In this document: positions 10,162-20,429 of the stretch, in pieces | Layout of the letters: every line of letters starts with the position of its first letter | Numbering within the stretch: position 1 is the stretch's first letter | Assembly: GCA_003707115.1 (NCBI GenBank) | Contig: PPNB01000004.1 | Location: forward strand, 124,001 to 188,000 | Direction: 5' to 3' | Origin: Tortispora ganteri | Lineage: Eukaryota | DNA: 64,000 nt | Notes under the pieces: model-generated | Told to the model about the DNA's origin: nothing | The model's database searches: none | The model's input: the letters and a program-made list of their open reading frames with translations, nothing else | Position numbers and translations under genes: made by a program

Positions 10162-11826
10162 TTATGCAATTCTTTCTCGTCCCACCACAGCTAAGCCCCT
10201 CAATTGTTCCAGATTTTCCGTGACATGATTGTTTCCGAAAACTTCCATGTATTCAAGACCGCTATTCTGCCTCAAAATCTTCTGAACCAAACTGTCATCA
10301 ACTGATCGCACAAAGGAAAGGTCTAAAGACTTTAAATTATGACAATTCTCATATAGCGGGGCTAAGTCTTGTTCAGTTAATTTATATAGCGAGTTCAAGC
10401 TCAAATGAACCAAGTGAGGAGCGCAGCTTTGAAACATCTCTCGAATGGTTAAAGGTCCTGCTTCTACCGTCCTTGATAAACTCAAATCACTTATATTTAT
10501 CGCTGCATCCCATTGGAAAAACAATTTTTGCAAATCTTCATCATTAAGCTGAGGACAATCCGTAATGTGTAATGTAGTCAGCTGAGGCGAACAGTAGTCC
10601 TTCATGGCCTGTAGTGTATCTGCACGGAGTTCTTCGCAAGCTTCAAGTTTGAGGGTTTTTAGGCTGGATCCATGCTTCATGATCATACTGATAAATCCAT
10701 TTGATGCTTCAATAGAATCTTCTTCGGTGATCACAACGGATTCATCGGTAGGGTGGTATAATTCCAGATGCAATAGTTGGTTGAGGTTCGTTAGTGCAGC
10801 CAAATTCTTTAGGCTGAAGGAATCACATTGTCTTAAGGTCAGCTTAGAAATATTAGGGCAGCTTTTAGCCATACAAAGGAATGCTTCATCGTTAAAATTC
10901 AGCGTGTCTGAGACGGCAAACTCTTCTAAGTTTTCACCTATACTCTCAAAGAAGACTTTCCAAGAGGATGTGCCGACAAGGAACGGACCGTGCAATTGGA
11001 CGCGCTTTAAGTGTCGCATCCTTGAAAACATGTACTCAAATGTTTCCGAAGAAAGTCTTCCGCACATGCCCAATACCAGAGACTCTAAGTTAGGGGCATA
11101 TATGGCGATTGATCGTAAGGCATCGTCGCTGAGTGTTGCACAGTCCCAGAATTCTATGTGTGTTGCTTCTGGGCGAGCAAACAGTCTTAGAGATTGAGCA
11201 GTCAATGCTCTATTGCGGCAAATTGCGTGTGATAATTCTATAGCGTGACCTTCGTCAATATACCCTAGTGCTTCGAGATCATCTATATTCTGTACACAGA
11301 GTTGCAGGCACAGTTTCCTCAGAGACGGAACTCTACTGGCGCTTCGTTCAAGCAGTGCTTTAGCAGTATCTTTGATAACTTTTCTTTGGCTAGCAGACCT
11401 CGATTTTTTCGCAGCTCGTATGTTCTCTGTAGGCTCAGGGACTACAGAGTCAGCACGCGAGTCTAATAAGCTTTTTGAAGCTGATTCCACGGAAAGTTCA
11501 TAGATCTGAAGTTTTTCCGCGATAGCTACATCTCTCAGCTCTGTAAAACGAGTCTGATACTGTTTTGCTATTATTTCGGCTTCTGCATCAGTTACAGCAG
11601 CTTGTCTTTCGTGAAACTCGCTATCTACTTGCTCCAAAATGGCCGCCTCTTCTTCGGGCGATAATTCAATTGGTTCATCACTTTGTGCTAGATACCTATC
11701 CCGGATTTCCTTAGCGCTGATATTCTGTGATCTTAGAAATTCAGTCAACGCAGAATTAGGTCCTTTAACTTGAGAGCCGGTTGAATCGCCTAATTTTGAT
11801 CGCTTATACCATCTTGTACTGCTCAT
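10162..11826 (-). CDS. RAD7: Nucleotide excision repair LRR protein Rad7
   Basis: N-terminal VKGPNSALTEFL motif, VPSLRKLC and leucine-rich repeats ending LDLSFVRSVDD...VFGN. Confidence 0.88.
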   Translation of the reverse strand: MSSTRWYKRSKLGDSTGSQVKGPNSALTEFLRSQNISAKEIRDRYLAQSDEPIELSPEEEAAILEQVDSEFHERQAAVTDAEAEIIAKQYQTRFTELRDVAIAEKLQIYELSVESASKSLLDSRADSVVPEPTENIRAAKKSRSASQRKVIKDTAKALLERSASRVPSLRKLCLQLCVQNIDDLEALGYIDEGHAIELSHAICRNRALTAQSLRLFARPEATHIEFWDCATLSDDALRSIAIYAPNLESLVLGMCGRLSSETFEYMFSRMRHLKRVQLHGPFLVGTSSWKVFFESIGENLEEFAVSDTLNFNDEAFLCMAKSCPNISKLTLRQCDSFSLKNLAALTNLNQLLHLELYHPTDESVVITEEDSIEASNGFISMIMKHGSSLKTLKLEACEELRADTLQAMKDYCSPQLTTLHITDCPQLNDEDLQKLFFQWDAAINISDLSLSRTVEAGPLTIREMFQSCAPHLVHLSLNSLYKLTEQDLAPLYENCHNLKSLDLSFVRSVDDSLVQKILRQNSGLEYMEVFGNNHVTENLEQLRGLAVVGRERIA

Positions 11827-11945
11827 GACTTTTAATAGTTTAAAATTTCAATTCACGCCTCTGGGACCATAAACAGTTAAAGATTAAATATTTTTATTGG
11901 TTGAATTTACAAGACTTCTTTACATCATACGAATTGTTCAACTAA

Positions 11946-13301
11946 ATGTCTGATGATGAACCCGTCACTAAAAGACAACGTGTAAAGGACGGATTGACAG
12001 ATTCAGAGCTTTATCTAGATACAATTGATAGGAGTGTACTTAATTTTGACTTTGAAACGGTATGTTCAATCACGCTTACGAATCAGAATATCTACGTCTG
12101 CTTGACTTGTAATGCGTACCTCAAGGGAAGGGGTCAAGGTTCCCCTGCGTTTGCTCATTCTATTGATGAAAATCATCGTGTGTTCATGAAGTTTTCGAAT
12201 CAACAGATTTATATCTTACCCGATGGCTACTGTGTTTCTTCTCGTTTACTGGAAGACATCCGCCAATACGCTAACCCTGTATATACGAAACCACAGCTTT
12301 CGCAATTTACCGATGAGAAGAAGATTGATGCATCAGGTAACACGTTCATTCCCGGACTAATAGGACTATATCCTGTTGCGCGTACTAACTACATTTGTGT
12401 AGTCATACAGCTGCTGTCTCGTGTGATCCCTTTACGTAACTTGCTGCTACTAGAATCCGAGTCATATTCTGAAACCTTAGCTTATGAAGTAGGTCTTACC
12501 ATACGCAAAATGTGGAATCCTAGCTCTCTAAGGAGTACAGTATCCATACATAGACTTCTATCTGCTATTTCTCAGTTGGCTGGTGATCGGTTTAGCACTA
12601 TCAACTACTCAGATCCTGCTGACTTCTTAGCATGGCTTTTAAACCAATTGAAAAAAGGTTTATCCTCATCAATGGTTCACAAAGTTTTTCAAGGCAAACT
12701 GATTCTTTCTGAGTCGCTCGTACAAGCTGCTATTGGTGAGAGAGATAAACTAAAGTTTGATGAAGTATCAGTGACAACCAAGTCTATTAATTTCCTTCTT
12801 TTGACTTTGGATTTGCCGCCGAAACCGATATTCGCCGAAGCCAATGATAACTATATAGTGGCTCAGGTTACTTTGGAGTCTCTTTTAAAAAAATACGATG
12901 GAAATACAATACAGGAGCTACCAAAACAAAGGCGGCGGTATAAGCTGGTCTCATTACCTCTGTATCTTGTTTTGAATATAAAACGCAGTCAGCAAAGTCA
13001 TTATCTAAAGGATCGAAATAATACGACTGTTATATTTCCTCAAAAACTCGATTTATCATCCTATCTAAACCAAGCCACAGGTTCGCAAATATACCATATA
13101 GTTGCTAACATTGTGTTTGAATCAGACGAGCAGAATGAATCCGAAATCAACTACAAAATACAAGTTAAGAGTCCTCATACAAATTTGTGGTATGAGATCT
13201 GGGATACGCACGTTAGGGTTATAGAACCAGAGTACCTTTTCTTGTCTGAGACATGCATTCAATTATGGGAGAAAGAGAAAAGAGCCAAAAGTTCAGTTTA
13301 G
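11946..13301 (+). CDS. SAD1: U4/U6.U5 tri-snRNP factor Sad1 (USP39, inactive UBP with ZnF-UBP)
   Basis: LYLDTIDRSVLNFDFETVCSITL, YVCLTC...GRG, YILPDGY, LTLDLPPKPIF. Confidence 0.92.
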   Translation: MSDDEPVTKRQRVKDGLTDSELYLDTIDRSVLNFDFETVCSITLTNQNIYVCLTCNAYLKGRGQGSPAFAHSIDENHRVFMKFSNQQIYILPDGYCVSSRLLEDIRQYANPVYTKPQLSQFTDEKKIDASGNTFIPGLIGLYPVARTNYICVVIQLLSRVIPLRNLLLLESESYSETLAYEVGLTIRKMWNPSSLRSTVSIHRLLSAISQLAGDRFSTINYSDPADFLAWLLNQLKKGLSSSMVHKVFQGKLILSESLVQAAIGERDKLKFDEVSVTTKSINFLLLTLDLPPKPIFAEANDNYIVAQVTLESLLKKYDGNTIQELPKQRRRYKLVSLPLYLVLNIKRSQQSHYLKDRNNTTVIFPQKLDLSSYLNQATGSQIYHIVANIVFESDEQNESEINYKIQVKSPHTNLWYEIWDTHVRVIEPEYLFLSETCIQLWEKEKRAKSSV

Positions 13302-13556
13302 TTGAACATTAATGTCGCTAAAGCTGGTGACAATAGATCATGACAATAAGCTACTATCGTCAAACGGCTTTAGCTCAAACTGGAAACTACGTGTAGATTC
13401 TAGTTTTTGGTTGTTCTAGCCCGACAATATGACACAGGTATGTGGAGAGCGAATACCAATGCATCGAATCGGGCTGTTATTTAATACAGTTAGTTCTGAT
13501 GATCACGACAATCCGAAGGACATAGAAAAAAACATAATAAAAAGTTCTCATGTCAT

Positions 13557-15212
13557 CTAAATAATTGGTGCACCAGCTCCGTTCAGTTCAGCTTCAAAAC
13601 GTCGAAATTCTGTAGATATCTTGCTTGAAGTGCTTCTGGAAATAATTCGATAGAGATCGCGAACAACATTTTTGTCGCGTTTGCCGATAAATGTAATAGC
13701 AGTACCGCGTTGACCAGCTCGACCAGTTCTGCCAATTCTATGGGTGTAGTTTTCTATATTATGTGGCATCTCAAAGTTAACAACAAGACTGACGTTAGGG
13801 ACATCAATACCGCGTCCTACAATGTCAGTGGCCACGAGTATGTTTGTTTTACCAGAGCGCAAATCGTCTAGTGCTTTTTCACGTTGAATTTGTGACTTAT
13901 CTCCATGCATTGTGGAGATTTTAAAATTGGCCGCTTTCAGGAAGTCAGCTATAGAGTCACAGTATGGCTTAGTATTAACAAATACTATTACCGGTGGTCT
14001 GTATTTCGGTTGACGAAGAATACGCAGTAATCGGTCTTTGCGGTCACTTTCGCTTTCCACTATTTCAACTCGCTGTTCCACAGTGTCTACAGCGTTTGAA
14101 GTGGCGCCAATAGTTATGATAGCAGGACTAGTAAGATATTTTGCTGTTAAAGCTTCGATAGCAGGTGGCATTGTAGCTGAAAACATCATGGCTTGTCTTC
14201 GCTTACTAAAGGGAGGCTTTTTTGGAAGATGACTGATAACTGTCTGCACCTGAACATCAAAACCCATAGAAATCATCCGATCGGCTTCATCTAAGACGGT
14301 AAAGCAGCATTGATTTAACACTATCAGCCTGTTATCTAGTAAATCATTCAGTCTGCCAGGAGTCGCTATTACGACTTCAATTCCTCGTCTGAGTTTGGCA
14401 ACCTGGTCCTCCATGCTGTGTCCACCGACGATGCTTAAACATCTGAAATCTAAAAAAGATGAGAATCTTGCGGCTTCTTCTTCGATTTGTAATGCAAGTT
14501 CACGAGTTGGACTGAGTATGACTGCATAAGGACCATCTTGCGCAGTCGCCGTTGAAATCCTAGGAAGGTCTAATATTTGGGCAAGCAACGGTAGAACAAA
14601 TGCCAGTGTTTTTCCACTTCCTGTCTCGGCTAATCCTAGAACGTCGCGGCCAGTCATTGCTATTGGAATGGCTGCTCTCTGAATAGCAGTAGGCTCTTTG
14701 AATGAGGAAGTGTTGATGCAATCCAACAATTGTGACGGCAAACCAGTTTCCTGCCATGTCCTTGCAGGATGGGGTAAATTTTCACCTTTGATGGATATAT
14801 TATAAGTATCGTTTAGTATACGCCAATCTCTTTTGGTCATGAGTTCTATGGGCTTTGTAGCCCATGAAGAGTCATCTTCCGCGTTGCGTTTCGATCGTCT
14901 GGAGACTGAAAGGGAGTCGCATTGCTGAATATTGCGCTTTAAAGAAATTCTATAAAGTTCATCATTGCTTGTTGTGTCTGAATCTGGGTTCCAATCAAAA
15001 CAAAGACCTTTGTCGGGTTTAGCGGGTTTGGATAAAGATTGAGAAACAACAGTCTGCGTGGCTGCCCTTTTCGTTATAGTAGCAGATTTTGTAGGAGCAT
15101 TTTGCTGCTTATTAATAGTTCTTTTATCCTTGGAAATAAATGCAGGTTTATTGAATGTTTTAGTGTTTGATTTACTGCGTAAAATCTCTTCTAAAGACGG
15201 GGGCCGTGACAT
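13557..15212 (-). CDS. PRP28: Pre-mRNA splicing DEAD-box helicase Prp28
   Basis: MSRPPSLEE start, F-DW--DSDT, MTKRDWRI, AETGSGKT, DEAD, SAT, HRIGRTGRAG. First ATG is 15212. Confidence 0.92.
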   Translation of the reverse strand: MSRPPSLEEILRSKSNTKTFNKPAFISKDKRTINKQQNAPTKSATITKRAATQTVVSQSLSKPAKPDKGLCFDWNPDSDTTSNDELYRISLKRNIQQCDSLSVSRRSKRNAEDDSSWATKPIELMTKRDWRILNDTYNISIKGENLPHPARTWQETGLPSQLLDCINTSSFKEPTAIQRAAIPIAMTGRDVLGLAETGSGKTLAFVLPLLAQILDLPRISTATAQDGPYAVILSPTRELALQIEEEAARFSSFLDFRCLSIVGGHSMEDQVAKLRRGIEVVIATPGRLNDLLDNRLIVLNQCCFTVLDEADRMISMGFDVQVQTVISHLPKKPPFSKRRQAMMFSATMPPAIEALTAKYLTSPAIITIGATSNAVDTVEQRVEIVESESDRKDRLLRILRQPKYRPPVIVFVNTKPYCDSIADFLKAANFKISTMHGDKSQIQREKALDDLRSGKTNILVATDIVGRGIDVPNVSLVVNFEMPHNIENYTHRIGRTGRAGQRGTAITFIGKRDKNVVRDLYRIISRSTSSKISTEFRRFEAELNGAGAPII

Positions 15213-15475
15213 GCAAGTAAAACGGAAAGTTAAGCCCAATTTCAGAGAATCATAATCATATGCAAGTGATCGAAAGATACAACTACAATCTCAAATAAAA
15301 ACTTAAAATATCATTAATTATATATTAGAAAAAATAAAGTTGTTAAAACAGCGAAGTAGATTGAATAGCTATGTATAAAACGAGGCAGATAATTGTATGA
15401 ATGGTGCAAAATCTATATATATAGCACCTGCTCCTTTTCGCTCTATTGTATATTGACCAGAGATATGAGTGAGAT

Positions 15476-16591
15476 TTAAATACGTTTCATGCGAGGACTT
15501 GTATCAACAAGTTCAGTACCAAATATACGGTCCCAGAATTTTGAAGTGACACCAAAACCAAGATCATAATTCATGTAATGGTGCCTCAAGTGGTAGGATT
15601 TCAGTTCCTGAAAAAAGGTAGGGAGGTTGACATGATGGAGGAAATAATGAGTGCAATCATAACAAATGTATCCCAATATTCCTCCGGTAAAAACAGCCAT
15701 CGCAGGGTAGTAAGGGAACAAGGTGTGGGCTAATTTAAAGAAAGGCGTAGCAAGCACAATAAAGAGTGCAGGGGGCATTACGAGTCGCAACTTGTCCATA
15801 GGGAGGTAATGGTGTACGCCATGTAACGTGAAGTGTAAAGTAAATGCAAGCGGATGATCAGGTAGGTAATAGTCGAGATGAAAGAGGAAGCGATGTAAGA
15901 TGTACTCAACAAGAGTCCAGATAAATAAGCCTAATGAAAAGAAGAAGATAAACACTGGCAAATTCAGTCCTCGCAACGCAATTGATATTCCATAAAAATC
16001 AGCTGGTAGCCATATCATTGGAACTACCCACCAAGGAGTTTGAGAGAATGGTTCTAAAAAGTTGCCAAAAAAGGGAGCACTGCCCTGACCGTAATGACGC
16101 GGTTTGTGCACTTGCTCCAAATAAAATTCTTTAGTGAATTTACCGAACAACACCTGAGTGAAAAGTGGCTTATTTAAATCAAGAAACCTGGATGACTTAT
16201 AGTCATTCTCAAAGTCAGTTTGAATAGATAAGTCCTCAGCTGAGTAGAGTCCAGTCGAAGAATAATAACCCCGGTCTTCGATATTCAGACCAGGTTCATT
16301 TATTAGCTGATCTTCTTCTTCAGCAGTAGCTTGGAAAGCAACTAAATAGTCCTCGAGCATTTCATATGCAGATTCACTGTGTTCGTGAATAGTTCCGTTC
16401 TTCAATACCTCGGTTATGTCCTTCCCGGCATATTCCATGATAAATTCCGGACCACCAGGATGATCCTCGAGAAAAGACGTCACATCATACACAAAGCGGT
16501 TATGTAAAGTTACATACACCGATTCATCCGTATTATGAGATGCAACTTCCCCTTTCGTAAGAAGCGGTAGTTTCTTAGCTTCAGGCAACAT
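15476..16591 (-). CDS. SCS7: Sphingolipid fatty-acid alpha-hydroxylase (cytochrome b5 + FA hydroxylase)
   Basis: HPGG b5 motif and histidine boxes HRFLFH, HGVHH, HYFLHH, HLRHH. First ATG is 16591. Confidence 0.94.
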   Translation of the reverse strand: MLPEAKKLPLLTKGEVASHNTDESVYVTLHNRFVYDVTSFLEDHPGGPEFIMEYAGKDITEVLKNGTIHEHSESAYEMLEDYLVAFQATAEEEDQLINEPGLNIEDRGYYSSTGLYSAEDLSIQTDFENDYKSSRFLDLNKPLFTQVLFGKFTKEFYLEQVHKPRHYGQGSAPFFGNFLEPFSQTPWWVVPMIWLPADFYGISIALRGLNLPVFIFFFSLGLFIWTLVEYILHRFLFHLDYYLPDHPLAFTLHFTLHGVHHYLPMDKLRLVMPPALFIVLATPFFKLAHTLFPYYPAMAVFTGGILGYICYDCTHYFLHHVNLPTFFQELKSYHLRHHYMNYDLGFGVTSKFWDRIFGTELVDTSPRMKRI

Positions 16592-16800
16592 CTGTGGTGT
16601 TGTTTCTTGATGACGAAAAAGAAGAGGGAAAGGTGGCAGATATTTACCGGAACTTATGCCCAAGAACAACGTGATTTTGCTTGCCAAGTTACGGTCTCAT
16701 CACGGTCAGGTTGCTATGCGCACTGTATCTCACACTGTATCGCACGGGTTTATATTGCTTTTCGTGTTTACTTCAGCTCCATCTTAGGAGCTGTTCTTAC

Positions 16801-18234
16801 ATGATATCGGAAAATTCCATCCTTGATAGCGAATTGGGATCTGCCCAAGTAGCTTTGCCTGGAACTCAAGAAACTGTAACTAATTCTCAGACTTATAGCC
16901 ACACGGTAGATCATGGTGGATATCTGGTTGGTGATATGGGGTCTGTCCCTATCTTATTCAAAAATTCCACCTACTCTATCGGGAGGCACAAATCATGCGA
17001 TTTTGTGGTTAAAAGCCCCTCTGTTTCAAATATGCATTGCTGTTTAGAACCGGTCTCAACGTCGGATGGTAATTTCTTTGTAGTGCTAAAAGATCACAGT
17101 GCCAATGGAACCATAGTCGACGGACATAAGGTACTTAGAGACAGCTTGATTAGATTATTTTCGGGATCCTGTATTAGAATCTCTAAGTCTGATGAGTATA
17201 TATTCAATTACCCACGGTCGGATACTAATGGCTCGTTTAATGCCAATTTTGCACTTGCAGGTACATTAGGATCTGGTACTCACGCCGAAGTAAGAACAGC
17301 AGTCTGTCGAACAACGCTGCAATCATACGCCGTAAAAGTATTTCACAGGAAGCCTACGAATCAGTTTAAGGCAAGATTGTCTATTGATGTCATGAACGAA
17401 GTACATGACCTTGCCATTGTCAGACATCGTAACATTCTGCGTATTTTCTCTTACTTTGAAGAGCCGGAAGGTAGGTTTTTGCTATTGGAGCTAGCTGCTG
17501 GAGGTGACCTGTTTGAATATATTACTGCCAAAAAAAATCTATCGGAAAAGGAAACCCGTGCTGTCTTGTTTCAAATTGCAGCAGGTCTGCAATGCCTTCA
17601 TAGTCACAAGATCATACATAGAGATGTAAAGCCAGAGAACATATTGCTCATGAAACCTGGATCGGTAGCGCATGTAAAACTCGCAGATTTTGAGATGGCA
17701 AAGATAATTGGAGAGACATCCTTTACAACAACTTTATGCGGAACGCCATCCTATGTGGCTCCAGAAATTATCGTTCCGGGAGACCGTAAATATTCTTATC
17801 AGGTGGACATATGGAGCACAGGTGTGGTAACGTATCTTTGCTTGTTTGGCCGTTTACCTTTCAGCGAGAATAATAATAAGGCACCACTAGCGCATCAAAT
17901 TAGGGACGGTTTGGTTGTCTTTCCTGAGACGGCAAACAGTGTCCTTTGTTCTCTGATATCGAACATGCTGAAAGTTGATCCAAAATCAAGGATTACATTG
18001 GAAACAATTATGCAACACGTATGGCTCACTTCTGAATCTAGAGACGAAGATCTAGCAACGGAATACAAAACGGTCGTAGAGCCGCAGAAAGATGTGAATA
18101 AGAGGTCTTATACGATGCACAATGAAGCAAATGTCGACGAGTTTATGAGATTTGGTATGGGGTTTGATCCTAATGAACCCATTTATTCTGAATCTTCCAA
18201 CGTTAATGAAGAGTATCTGGAAAAAGCATTCTGA
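16801..18234 (+). CDS. FHA-domain checkpoint kinase, Chk2/Cds1/Dun1 family
   Basis: N-terminal TQ/SQ sites, FHA (IGR...VSNMHC...DHSANGT), kinase HRDVKPEN and KIIGETSFTTTLCGTPSYVAPE. DFG reads DFE. First ATG is 16801. Confidence 0.85.
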   Translation: MISENSILDSELGSAQVALPGTQETVTNSQTYSHTVDHGGYLVGDMGSVPILFKNSTYSIGRHKSCDFVVKSPSVSNMHCCLEPVSTSDGNFFVVLKDHSANGTIVDGHKVLRDSLIRLFSGSCIRISKSDEYIFNYPRSDTNGSFNANFALAGTLGSGTHAEVRTAVCRTTLQSYAVKVFHRKPTNQFKARLSIDVMNEVHDLAIVRHRNILRIFSYFEEPEGRFLLLELAAGGDLFEYITAKKNLSEKETRAVLFQIAAGLQCLHSHKIIHRDVKPENILLMKPGSVAHVKLADFEMAKIIGETSFTTTLCGTPSYVAPEIIVPGDRKYSYQVDIWSTGVVTYLCLFGRLPFSENNNKAPLAHQIRDGLVVFPETANSVLCSLISNMLKVDPKSRITLETIMQHVWLTSESRDEDLATEYKTVVEPQKDVNKRSYTMHNEANVDEFMRFGMGFDPNEPIYSESSNVNEEYLEKAF

Positions 18235-18242
18235 GCAAAAGA

Positions 18243-19823
18243 TTATGTATGATAATCATCGGGGAGTAAATATGTCCCATTAAGGAAGATTGTAGCTGCA
18301 GGTGTATAATCTTGCGCCAGTTGATGTTTGTTAGTGTATGCAACTCTAACATACCAAGGGGTGGTGTCTTCATATGGTCCAAACAGTTCTGTGCTCTCTA
18401 GGAAAATTGGTAATTGAAAAGAAGGCTCAGGTCCTCTATAAACCTCGACGTCATTCAGCAGCAAACTGAAACCGGTTAAAGAATTTTCGCCATCTATTGG
18501 TTTGAGATGTATAGTCATGTCATTAACGTCAATCGATTCAATGGTAGGAATCATAGACTGAGCAGGTCCATCCCTACGAATCAATGCTGCCGTCTCTAGA
18601 AGAGATGCAAAACCCCATTTGGCTATTCCGTTGATGCACATGCCTAATAAAATGCCTTGGTATACCAGAGTGATGCGAGAGTGAACCATTGTAGATGGTA
18701 GAAGATACAATGCGATTATATAATGATGAAATCTCAAAATGAGATGAGGGTATGCTATGATAGCCACTAAAACCAATAATGGCAGCGAAATGCTGTAAAA
18801 CATCACCAGAAAACGAAAGTGTTTAGATTCCAGAGCAGCCCTTAGCTGTATTACAATACAGACCACTAACACAATAATGATGACAGAAACCGTAAATAAA
18901 GACTCTGGGCGCGAAATTATATCAGATAGAAGGAATCTGTCAATTGGTAGCTTATCGAAAGTGAAGTTGAACATCGCACCTATCCAAACGGGCGTAATCC
19001 ATTCAACAAGGAGCTCGAACTTCGAAGTGTGCTTATTGATAGCGAGCGACAAAATATATTTATAAAGTATAAAAAGAACTGCTATAAGAGGTAGCAGTCT
19101 CTTGATAGAAATAGATATAAGAGTGGCGATGGGAGCCTCAGAATGTAGTGTCTCCGGAGGATCAGAAACTAAGGACACCGTGAAGTAGACAACTATCATT
19201 GTTAGCCAACACACAATTTCTGCGGATTCAATGAAAAATGCCAGTATATATAGAGTGACTATATTGGCTAATATAATAAAAAACCTGAAATCTGTACAAC
19301 TGCTTTGGCAGGGTTGTAAAGTGAAGGAGAAAGGAAATGGAGAATCAAACGAGTAAGATGAGATATGATTCGAGGTTGAACCTATGAAACTGGACTTGGA
19401 GCCTTCAAATTTGAGGGATACACACCCGCCAAATGTGTTTGATATAACTTTATTATGAATAGCTGCTGGGCAAATGAACGAGTCTAATCTATATGTTCCC
19501 GTTCCTATCACTAGATGATCGTAAAGTATAGACTGCGCTCCGACTATTCTAGGTGTGTACACTTTTGAGGAGTCAATGCATCCTGCACCACATTTGAAAT
19601 TGCGTGTTTCACCAATTTCAGGCAGTGAACAAAGGGATCCGGCTATTCCGCAGCCGCTGTTCTTCTTCCATAAAGAATCGTGGCATTGGATCCATTCAGA
19701 ATCGGGTTCGGTACACCCAGATGAGAAATGGAGAGCTACCATAAAGGCAGTCCAACAAAATAACGTTAATGCTATAAGTCTATGATTCGGTTTCACATAG
19801 CCAAGAATACTATTTAATTGCAT
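18243..19823 (-). CDS. LCCL-domain multi-pass membrane protein
   Basis: Cys-rich ectodomain with GTGTYRLDSFICPAAIH and GGC, many TMs, LRFHHY motif. Confidence 0.8.
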   Translation of the reverse strand: MQLNSILGYVKPNHRLIALTLFCWTAFMVALHFSSGCTEPDSEWIQCHDSLWKKNSGCGIAGSLCSLPEIGETRNFKCGAGCIDSSKVYTPRIVGAQSILYDHLVIGTGTYRLDSFICPAAIHNKVISNTFGGCVSLKFEGSKSSFIGSTSNHISSYSFDSPFPFSFTLQPCQSSCTDFRFFIILANIVTLYILAFFIESAEIVCWLTMIVVYFTVSLVSDPPETLHSEAPIATLISISIKRLLPLIAVLFILYKYILSLAINKHTSKFELLVEWITPVWIGAMFNFTFDKLPIDRFLLSDIISRPESLFTVSVIIIVLVVCIVIQLRAALESKHFRFLVMFYSISLPLLVLVAIIAYPHLILRFHHYIIALYLLPSTMVHSRITLVYQGILLGMCINGIAKWGFASLLETAALIRRDGPAQSMIPTIESIDVNDMTIHLKPIDGENSLTGFSLLLNDVEVYRGPEPSFQLPIFLESTELFGPYEDTTPWYVRVAYTNKHQLAQDYTPAATIFLNGTYLLPDDYHT

Positions 19824-19970
19824 AATGGCATTATGAATTTCACAATATGGAGTGCGGTATGAAGTGTTCGATTAGTTGGGTGGAGGAAAGGATGGTGTAG
19901 TGAACTGACTAGATTGTATGTAATCTAACTTCACCAAAGACAATCCCAACAAACTGATGACATTAACCTT

Positions 19971-20429
19971 ATGAAAACATACTATGAGATCCTAGGATTC
20001 TCTAGTGAGGATCACAAGACAGTTACGCTAGACGAAATCAAAAAGGCATATAGAGCTGCTTTATTGAGTAATCACCCCGACAAAAGTCGCGACGGAAGAC
20101 TCTCTATAGATGATATACAAGCGGCCTATGCGATCCTTTCGAACGATCACAAAAGATCAGCGTACAATCAAGCTTTGCAAGAATCCTACTATCAGATACA
20201 CAGTAAACAAGAATACAGCGAAGTATATGATTTAGATGATTTGGAATACAACGAGAAACTTAATGAATGGTTTATGGGCTGCAGATGCGGGAATAAAAAA
20301 GGATTTATTGTCAACGAGTCAATACTTGAAGACAACATAGATATAGGCGAGATTCTCATACAATGTTTGGATTGCAGTAATTGGATTAAAGTCCAGTTCC
20401 AAGAAAATGATAATACTCATCTAGAGTAA
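19971..20429 (+). CDS. DPH4: Diphthamide biosynthesis J-protein (J domain + CSL zinc finger)
   Basis: YYEILG, HPDK, DLDDL, CRCG...CLDCS. Confidence 0.92.
   Translation: MKTYYEILGFSSEDHKTVTLDEIKKAYRAALLSNHPDKSRDGRLSIDDIQAAYAILSNDHKRSAYNQALQESYYQIHSKQEYSEVYDLDDLEYNEKLNEWFMGCRCGNKKGFIVNESILEDNIDIGEILIQCLDCSNWIKVQFQENDNTHLE

Noticed and set aside
10604..11197. 197-aa ORF antisense to RAD7 (likewise 39535-40092, 44798-45232, 54161-54625 and other antisense ORFs)
   Set aside because: Shadow frames of well-supported genes with no motifs.
16592..16800. Apparent head-to-head overlap of SCS7 and the FHA kinase in the ORF track
   Set aside because: Artefact of TTG starts. The first ATGs (16591 and 16801) leave a 209-bp divergent promoter.
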